Part shown: positions 55,401-64,000 of the stretch, piece by piece
Numbering within the stretch: the first letter of the stretch is position 1
Layout: each line of letters starts with the position of its first letter
Source of the DNA: Paraspadella gotoi
Lineage: Eukaryota > Animalia > Chaetognatha
Length of the DNA: 64,000 nt
Reading direction: 5' to 3'
Assembly (NCBI GenBank): GCA_051294375.1
Contig: CM119270.1
Location: 17,171,904-17,235,903, forward strand
Program-made: the position numbers and the translations under genes
Notes under the pieces: model-generated
Database searches by the model: none
Told to the model about the DNA's origin: nothing
The model's input: the letters and a program-made list of their open reading frames with translations, nothing else

Positions 55401-56469
55401 TAATATATAATTTCGTAGTTATCATCATCAATCGTCATCACCATCATTATCATAATCATCATCATGTCGTCGTCGTCGTCGTCGTCGTTCAGTAACCTTC
55501 TCATTTTACGCCCAACCGCCAAGTATAGTTTATTGTCTGCGTCGTCGGGTCGTCGTCGTCGTCGTCGTCGCCCTAACTACATCGGCGATACAACCAAAAA
55601 ACAACATCGCAACACGAAGCGAAGAATGGCTTAAGGACAAAGTTGTTGGTGGCCGCGCGAGGAGGAGGAGGAGGAGGAGGGAGGAGGAGAGGAGGAGGAG
55701 GAGGAGAGGAGGGAGGTGGGGCTTATGATAACCCGGAGGCGCGTTTGGGAAATTTTTTCGAGAGTGTTATTTTTTTTAGCAGGAATAAAAGTAAAAAAGC
55801 TTGAAGGTTTTAAGATTTTTTTTTTAATTTCATTAAATTTTGTGTTTTTAGAAATACTTTTTCTATTTCCCTGCTGATTTAAATAGAGTTTTTTTTTTGG
55901 GGGGGGCTATCAACCGGTAACTGTAAATATATTAAAAAACTGTATTTAATTAAAAATTATTAAAATATTAAAAAAAGTATTAAAAAGCGTACATTCTGAA
56001 ACTGTCACAACTATATTTATATTTTATATATACCAAGATGTTTTAAAAAAGGTTTTCTCTTTTTCCTTACAAAGAATATAATGAGCAAAAACATCATGAT
56101 TTAGTTAATTAGTGCCTGGGAACATAAGGAGGAGGAGGAGGAGGAGGAGGAGGAAGAGGAAGGAGGCGGCGATGGGATGATTCAGTTTCCTTTTATAACA
56201 AATCTCGACTATGAAACACAAACAAAGTTGCGGGCGAAAAAAATCTCTCTTCTTTCTCTCTCTCTCACTCTCTCATCTCTCTCTCTCTATCTCTTCATCT
56301 ATCCTCCTCTCTCCTATCTTGCTCTCTCTATCTCTCTTATCTCCTCTCTCTCACTCGCTCGTTCTGGTCTCGACTCCGTCCACAATTTCTCTCTCGTTCT
56401 CGTACGATACCTCACAGGAGACGATCTCAATCAGGGAGGAAAATGGGAGAGAATAGAGAGAGAAAATAA

Positions 56470-56508
<39 letters not shown>

Positions 56509-56978
56509 CAATGAAAATATTGGAACATGAAGAAAAAAAAATGGAAAGAGGTCCGATTTCAAGCTCCATTGTTCGCTGTTTCCCTTTCTCTCTCATCTCT
56601 CTCTCTCTCTCTCTCCTCTCTTCGTCCTCTCCTCTCTTCTCTTCCTCTCTCTCTCTAATCTCTCTTCTCTGCTCTCTCTCTCTCTCTCATCTCTCTCTTC
56701 TCTCTCGTCTCTAATTTAGGCTACAAGAGACTGCAGTTATTACTTTCCCAAGTCTCGAAGCCTTTCGTTTTCATTCTTCCAAAGAACCAACTTTGTCGTC
56801 GTTACTTTGCTTCTCCCTTCGTTTCGTATTTCCTTCTCTGTTTTGATCTTTGTTTTCTTCTGTTTTCTTTCGTTTTGTTCTTAGTTTTTGGGCTCGTCCC
56901 CCAAGAATAAGAATCGCAAATAAAACTGAGACAAAGTTTTGCGACTTTTTTCTTTTTCATGTTGGAGGACGGAGGCGC

Positions 56979-57040
<62 letters not shown>

Positions 57041-57792
57041 CTGTGATACTGTGAAATGTTAAACTTATACTAAAGTTCAATTCAATTCAATTCAATTCCA
57101 TTCCATTCCATTCTCCTTGCAAAAAAAAGAAGAAAAGCAAAAATACTGAATCCGCGAACTCCTAAATCCTTCTTCTGTCAACTCTGTTTGTACATACCGA
57201 GTTTGAAACTTTAAAATTCCTAAATTCATATTACAACGAAGGAAGAAAATCGATAAAAACATTATTTATAAAGTAGGAAAACAAAAAACCGTCAATCATC
57301 AAATCTTATCTCGAAATCCGAACCTTATTTGTCCTGGCGGAAAAAAAAAAAGTGAAAGGCCGAATCGAAATTATATTAACTGGGGAAAAAAAAAGAAAGA
57401 AACGCTAAACAGTTGTGTTTTCGAATTCCTCGGAACAAAGTGAGACAGAGAGCGAGTCGTTTTAGGAATTTACCGGCTAAATCAGAGGAAGAGAGAGCGA
57501 GTCATTGTGCGCCACACTTAAAACGAAAAGGGCGACGACCCAGATCCATTATATTAGTACGATTTGCAGTTTTTAAACATTAGTCATTACATTTTTATAT
57601 GTTCTTTTTTTTTTTAAATTTTATTTTTCGTCATTTTATTTGGGATTGTTTTTTTTTTTCGTAAACAGACAAGCTTAGGCGAAGGCGCCAGGCTGTGAGA
57701 TCGAAACTTGATTTTCAATTTCCGCCATTTTATTATCTGGTTCCGTCATGACCGACCCGAATAACTCACCCAAAAAACCCCCTTTCCCTCAC

Positions 57793-57861
57793 CTTAAGCC
57801 AAGAAAGGACGCCGTGATTGCGGCATCTGGCGCATTTGGGCGTCCGGGGATGCGCCGCCAT
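57793..57861 (-). CDS. DMRT3-like first coding exon (first half of the DM domain)
   Basis: [23 protein letters not shown]|gtgag. [16 protein letters not shown] is the DMRT3-type signature. The exon extends upstream to an acceptor at 57960-57961. Confidence 0.9.
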
Positions 57862-58521
57862 GATGTTGGCCGTCGTTGAGGAAGATGAGGAGGAGGAGGA
57901 AGAGGAGCCCGCGCCGCCTTTTCGTGGAGAGGAGGAGGAGGAAGAGGCGGGCGTTTGACCTTGGAGGAAAGGGATAGAATTATAATTGTTGTTATATGAA
58001 TGAATGAATAAATGAATGATTTAATGAATGAATGGATGACTAAACGAATGAATGGATGCATCGTTGAATGAACGAACGAATTGATTAATTAATAACTGAA
58101 ACAATGAATAAATAAGTTATTGAATAAATCAAACAATCAAGCAAACAATCATTTTATCTATTAGATATACGAGAAAAACACTTCCGTTCGTAATCAGAAT
58201 AAGTTTACAAACATTAGTCATAACATTAATCATAACATTAATCATAACATTAGTCATAACTCGCAGCTTAAAAAAAAAAACTTTCCGTTTAAAAATGAAA
58301 ATCCCGCTTAAAATTTCGGCTTAATAGAAATCGTCTTTTCCGAATTTCGTCGTTTCGCGAAAAAAGAGGAAAAGGGGAAAAAAACCTTTTTTTTATTTTC
58401 AAACTAAAATCGAAGGAAAAAGGATGCGAAGTTAGGATCTTTAAGTAGAAGATGAGGGACTAAGCGAGAGATCGAGTCCATCCCTATATCCGAGAAAAAA
58501 AAAGTCGATTCCCCAACGAAG

Positions 58522-58593
58522 ATGCGAATTATGGAGTTTAGAATTTTGATGCCCCTGACGGTCGAGGAGTACCGGATCGGACAGTTGTACAGC
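58522..58593 (+). CDS. Class I phosphatidylinositol transfer protein (PITPNA/B, giotto/vibrator-like), exon 1
   Basis: MRIMEFRILMPLTVEEYRIGQLYS|gtgag. Confidence 0.9.
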
Positions 58594-58784
58594 GTGAGTT
58601 CTTCCGTTAGGGGAAGGGGCAAGGGGGCATTGATGGAAAAAAGTGCCATATTTTTTTAAAACAATGGGAGCGGGCGAGGGTAAGTAAAGAAACGCGTCGC
58701 GAGGTTAAATTTAGTATTATGTCAACAGCGGGATTGCTGCGACTCTGTCCTCTGACAACTGCTCCAATCGCTCTCCTCAATCCT

Positions 58785-59028
58785 TCGCTGTCTTCCGCCG
58801 TCATTCCATCGCTGTCTTCCGCGATCATTCCATCCTGTCTTCCGCCGTCATTCCATCGCTGTCTTCCGCCGTCATTCCATCGCTGTCCCCTTTTGGCTCG
58901 GCCTCTGTCTCTGCTTGTCGAGCCTCCTCCTTCGCTTCGTGTCCATCTCTCTGATCTGATCGACGGACAGATGGATCCAGGAGTCGATCCAACCAAGACC
59001 AGCCGGTTGAACCTCTGGGTGGATAAGG

Positions 59029-59091
<63 letters not shown>

Positions 59092-60928
59092 AGAGAGAAG
59101 AGAAGAGAAAAAAGAGAGAGAGGGGTGGAAGAAGAAAAGAGGAGGAGAGGGAAATGTGTAGAAAAGAGAGAGAGGAAAAAAGAGAGGAAAGATGAGAAGG
59201 AGAGAAAAGAAGAATGAAAGAAAGAAAAAAAAGAAAGAAGAAAGCAAGCTAAAAGTTATTATACGAGTTAAACGTAAAAAAAAGGTTATTATTAATGTTT
59301 TTATTATGTAAAATGGCCACCCTTCTGCTCCTTATTTTCCTCTTTATTATCTTCAAGATACAACCAAGCGTCGCGCTCAAACCAACTCTCCCACGCACAC
59401 TTCCCCTGACTTCCCCACACCACACACATCTCGTCTCCACACACGTAAAAGTCCTCCACTTCACGGCGAACACTTCTTCTGATTCTTGAGGATCATCTTC
59501 TCGACGGTCCGTTGAGTCCGAACCACTTTGAAGTGACGGTGACCACTTGTAGCAGCACATGATGGGCAACTTGCGGTCCTCTCCCAATCTCCTTCAAGGG
59601 ACCGCGACCGTCTCTTTCGACCTGATGGGGTGGTTTGACGTTGTGGGGTTGGAGGAGTCGTTATGTCGTATTTTTGCGGTTATAGGTTTGTCGCTGTTGG
59701 TCATTTTGTTGTCGATTTTTAAACTTACAGTATTACTACAAATCTTATTCTACGAGAATGTTTTTTTCCTGTTGATAAATTTCGGAATTATAAAGCTGTG
59801 AATGCATCCATCAAGCATAAGCTCGTGAACTTTTACGTACTTTCATAAAGTTTCCATCACGATCTTACGTCGTGAAAACGAATTGAGATTTGAAGTTAAA
59901 GACCCGAATGTCTCGTGATTTTCTTTTTTATCTCGCTCTCACGTGAAAAAATCTTCCATCTCATTTTCCTGGACCCCTCTCTCCCACTCTCGGTGAAAAA
60001 TTCTCGATCCTCCAATCACATTTTTCCGAGGTCCCTCTCTCAATTCTCACTTGAAGTTGTGAGGTCTTCTCGTCGGCTTTAACGCTGAACTTGGAACTTC
60101 GCGATGTCTATGTAATCGATTTTCTTTCCTTCAATTCGTTTTCGCTCAGAAGTATGGACGTTGTCTGAGATCGGAAGGGGAGAAAGGGAGGAAGGAAGAA
60201 GAAGGGAGGAAAGGAAGGAAGGAAAAAAAGAAAGTAGGAAGCAGGCGTAGTAAAATAAGGAAAATGGAAAGGGAAAGAGAATGGAGGGAGAAGGTTAAGG
60301 AAGAAAAAGGTTGAAAAAAAAAAAAAGGAAGTGCCAAAAAAGGGGAAGGAAAGGAGAATGGAGGGAGAAAAATAAGAAAGAAAAGGTGAAAGAAAAAGGA
60401 GAATGGAGGGGAGAAAAATAAGAGAAAAAGGTTGAAAGAAAAAAGAAGGCAAGAAAAAAGGAGGGGAAAATAAGAAAGAAAAGGTGAAAGAAAAAGGAAG
60501 TGCCAAAAAAGCGAAGAAAGAGATGGAGGGGAGAAAAATAAGAAGGGAAAAGGTTGAAGAAAAGGATGAGCCAAAAAAAGGGGAAGGAAAGGAGAATGGA
60601 GGGGAGAAAAATAAGAAAGGAAAAGTCGAAAGAAAAGGAAGTGCCAAAAAAGTGAAAGAGGGAAAAGAAGGAAGAGAAGAGAAAGAAGAGGAATGAAAGA
60701 TGCAAATTCAACAAACATAAGGAAGGAAATTTGAAAGAGTCAATAAGAAAAGAAGGAAAGTGAAAGAAAACAAAGGAAAAGAAAATAGGAAAGTCGCAAC
60801 TGGGTCACTCACTTGAGTTCCTCTGTCCTGCGTGTGAAACGTTTCCATTTGACCTCGAAATCGTCCTTCATGTAGCCTGGCAAGGGTCAAGCTGGTTTCT
60901 GAGGATCAAGAGGTCAGGGAGATCACAT

Positions 60929-60972
<44 letters not shown>

Positions 60973-61894
60973 TTCTCTCCTTTTTTCCTTTCGCTCCTTC
61001 TTCTTCCCCTCCTTCCTCCCTTCCCTCCCTCTCCTCCTCCCTTCCCTCTTTCTTCTTCTCCCTTCCTCCCTCTCCTCCACCTTCCTCCCTTCCTCCCTCT
61101 TCTCTCCCTTCCCTTCCTCTCCTCCACCCTTCCTCCTTTTCCTCCCTCTTCTCCTCCCTTCCTCCCTTCCCTCCCTCTCCTTCTCCCTTCCTCCCTCCTC
61201 TCCCCATCCCTCTCCCTCTCACTCTCTTCCGTATAATGTCCGCAATAGGATAAAGCGTTCCACGAACTCTCGACTCCAGCATTCCCTTCGGCGCAACTTC
61301 CGCACGAAGTGCGTTGACTTTGTTCTTCATGTGATTTTCTTGAAGGTGTTTGGCCCATGGTGTAGCGACGTGGAAGAGAGTTGTTCTGTTTGCGGGAATT
61401 TTTGAAGCGGAGACTGTCGATCTGGAGCGATGAGGGAACAGACAAACTGAGAGAAAAGAGAGACGGACGTCGTGGAGGAATGGATCGAGGAAGAACGGGA
61501 CTACGGAGATGACGGACGTAGCCTAGAAGCGGGAGACTCGAGGGAGAGAACAGACTTACTGAGTAACGGACTCGAGCGGACGTACTGAGAGACGGAACAT
61601 ACCGAAAAAAAGCAAAGGATAAAAAGACAAAACGATTAAACAAAAACGGACGAACGGATAAAAATAGAAGATGGGGAGGAGTTAAGAGACTAACGCGGAC
61701 AATCTGATTTCGCACAAATGGACTCAAAATACCGCTGTCTATAGGACAGGCAACACGGACGAACGGACAGACAGAATGGAGAGATAGACCGACAGGACAG
61801 ACAAAAGGAGAGACAGACAGACCTCGAATGGGCTCGTCGACGATGACTTCTACGCCGTCGCCTCCTCCGTTTCCAATCGACTCAACTCCGTCGT
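58785..61894 (-). CDS. PITP exons 2-7 in an inverted, indel-rich block
   Basis: 61894-61823 (TTELSRLET/GGGDGVEVIVDEP), about 61421-61223 ([20 protein letters not shown]), about 60876-60813 (YMKDDFEVK), about 60165-60053 (NVH..IDYIDIA), about 59622-59466 (SKET.RGPL..PIMCCYK..FKWFGL), about 59013-58785 (WIDSWIHLSVDQIREM..GMTAED). Many frameshifts. Confidence 0.85.
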
Positions 61895-64000
61895 CTGGAG
61901 AATAGGGCGAGGGGATTGGGGGAGGGGGTCGGGGATCAAGGTTCGGGGGGTTGGGGGTAGGGGCNNNNNNNNNNNNNNNNNNNNNNNNNTCTGTCTGTCT
62001 CTCCTCTTTGTCCGTCTGTCGGTCTATCTCTCCATTCTGTCTGTCCGTTCGTCCGTTTGCCTGTCTATAGACAGGTTTCTGAGTCCATTTGTGCCGAATC
62101 AATTTCCGCGTTAGTCTCTTAACTCCTCCGCCATCTTCTATTTTTATCCGTTCGTCCGTTTTTTGTTTTAATCGTTTTGTCTTTTTATCCTTTGCTTTTT
62201 TTCGGTATGTTCCGTCTCTCAGTACGTCCGCTTCGACGTCCGTTACTCAGTAAGTCTGTTCTCTCTCTCGAGTCTCCCGCTTCTAGGCTACGTCCGTCAT
62301 TCTCCGTACGTCCGTTCTTCCTCGAATCCATTCCTCCACGAACGTCCGTCTCTCTTTCTCTCAGTTTGTCTGTTCCCTCATCGCTCCAGATCGGAACAGT
62401 CTCCGCCTTCAAAAATTCCCGCAAACAGAACCAACCTCTCTTCCACGGTCGCTACACCATGGGCCAATACACCTTCAAGAAATATCACATGAAGAACAAA
62501 GTCAACGCCTTCGTGCGGAAGTTGGCGCCGAAGGGAATGCTGGAGTTCGAGGAGTACTCGTGGAACGCTTATCCCTATTGCCGGACGATTATACGGAACG
62601 AGAGTGAGAGGGAGAGGGAGAGGGAGAGGGAGGGAAGAGGAGGAAGGGAGGAGAAGAGGGAGGAACAAGAGGAGGAAGGGTGGAGGAGAGAAGGAAGGGG
62701 AAAAGGGAGGAGAAAGAGGGAAGGGAAGGGAGGAAGGCTGGAGGAGAGGGAAGGGAAGGGAGAGAGAAGAGAGAGAGGGAAGGGAGGAGCGAGAGGGAGG
62801 GATATGGGAGGAAGGGAGGAGGGAAGAAAGAAAGGAGCGAAACGGAAAAAAGGAGAAGAAGAGACTAGGAGAAGAGAGAGAGAGATGAGAGAGAGAGGAG
62901 AGAGGAGAGAGAGAGAGAGAGAGCATGTGATCTCCCTGACCTCTTTGATCCTCAGAACCAGCTTGACCCTTGCAGGCTACATGAAGGACGATTTCGAGGT
63001 CAAAGTGGAAACGTTTCACACGCAGGACAGAGGAACTCAAGTGAGTTGACCCAGTTGCGACTTTCCTATTTTCTTTTCCTTTGTTTTCTTTCACTTTCTT
63101 CTTTTCTTATTGACTCTTTTCAATTTCCTTCCTTATGTTTTGTTGAAATTTGCATCTTTCATTCCTCTTCTTTCTCTTCTCCTTCCTTCTTTCCCTCTTT
63201 TCCCTTTTTTTTGGCACTTCCTTTTTCTTTCAACCTTTTCCTTTCTTATTTTTCTCCCCTCCATTCTCCTTTCCTTCCCCTTTTTTTGGCTCATCCTTTT
63301 CTTCAACCTTTTCCCTTCTTATTTTTCTCCCCTCCATCTCTTTCTTCGCTTTTTTGGCACTTCCTTTTTCTTTCAACCTTTTCTTTCTTATTTTCCCCTC
63401 CATTCTCTATTCTTGACCCATTTTGTGCGTACTTTTTCTTTTCAACCTTTTCTCTCTTATTTTTCTCCCCTCCATTCTCCTTTTTCTTTCACCTTTTCTT
63501 TCTTATTTTTCTCCCTCCATTCTCCTTTCCTTCCCCTTTTTTGGCACTTCCTTTTTTTTTTTTTCAACCTTTTTCTTCCTTAACCTTCTCCCTCCATTCT
63601 CTTTCCCTTTCCATTTTCCTTATTTTACTACGCCTGCTTCCTACTTTCTTTTTTTCCTTCCTTCCTTTCCTCCCTTCTTCTTCCTTCCTCCCTTTCTCCC
63701 CTTCCGATCTCAGACAACGTCCATACTTCTGAGCGAAAACGAATTGAAGGAAAGAAAATCGATTACATAGACATCGCGAAGTTCCAAGTTCAGCGTTAAA
63801 GCCGACGAGAAGACCTCACAACTTCAAGTGAGAATTGAGAGAGGGACCTCGGAAAAATGTGATTGGAGGATCGAGAATTTTTCACCGAGAGTGGGAGAGA
63901 GGGGTCCAGGAAAATGAGATGGAAGATTTTTTCACGTGAGAGCGAGATAAAAAAGAAAATCACGAGACATTCGGGTCTTTAACTTCAAATCTCAATTCGT
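59879..64000. repeat. Fold-back inverted duplication: 59879-61820 versus 61990-64000 (continues beyond the window)
   Basis: The arms are reverse complements centred near the 25-N gap at 61965-61989. Confidence 0.95.
62390..63827 (+). CDS. PITP exons 3-5 in gene orientation
   Basis: 62390-62603 (..[55 protein letters not shown]), 62976-63040 ([21 protein letters not shown]), 63714-63827 (frameshifted NVH..IDYIDIA). Confidence 0.9.

Noticed and set aside
60108-63770. Phe/Leu/Ser-rich membrane-protein-like ORFs and Glu/Arg/Gly-rich ORFs
   Set aside because: Translations of purine/pyrimidine-skewed intronic repeats of the PITP gene.

Overview
Animal (metazoan) nuclear DNA with GC/CpG-rich exons, AT-rich introns and very dense (GA)n and (GTC/GAC)n microsatellites. 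I rebuilt seven spliced protein-coding genes by hand from GT-AG boundaries: Dixin/DIXDC1 (CH, coiled coil, DIX; minus), a PAR-bZIP factor of the HLF/TEF/PDP1 family (minus), PRDM6 (plus), two tandem 9-exon paralogs, a DMRT3-like DM+DMA factor ending in a PLDLS motif (minus), and a class I PITP head-to-head with the DMRT gene. The two paralogs encode unrecognised secreted proteins of about 350 aa with 24 Cys, Ly6/three-finger-like ends (LKCY...CxCNKGxxPCN) and a probable GPI tail; they are the best novelty candidate. Mobile DNA includes a decayed LINE RT, an internally deleted Tc1 element with TIRs and TA duplication, a hAT-like TIR element, DINE-1/Helentron-like ends and tRNA-SINE-like heads. 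Three multi-kb direct or inverted duplications sit next to 25-N gaps and are indel-rich. They most likely come from long-read gap filling, and they scramble the DMRT and PITP exon order. Family assignments come from remembered motifs, not database searches.
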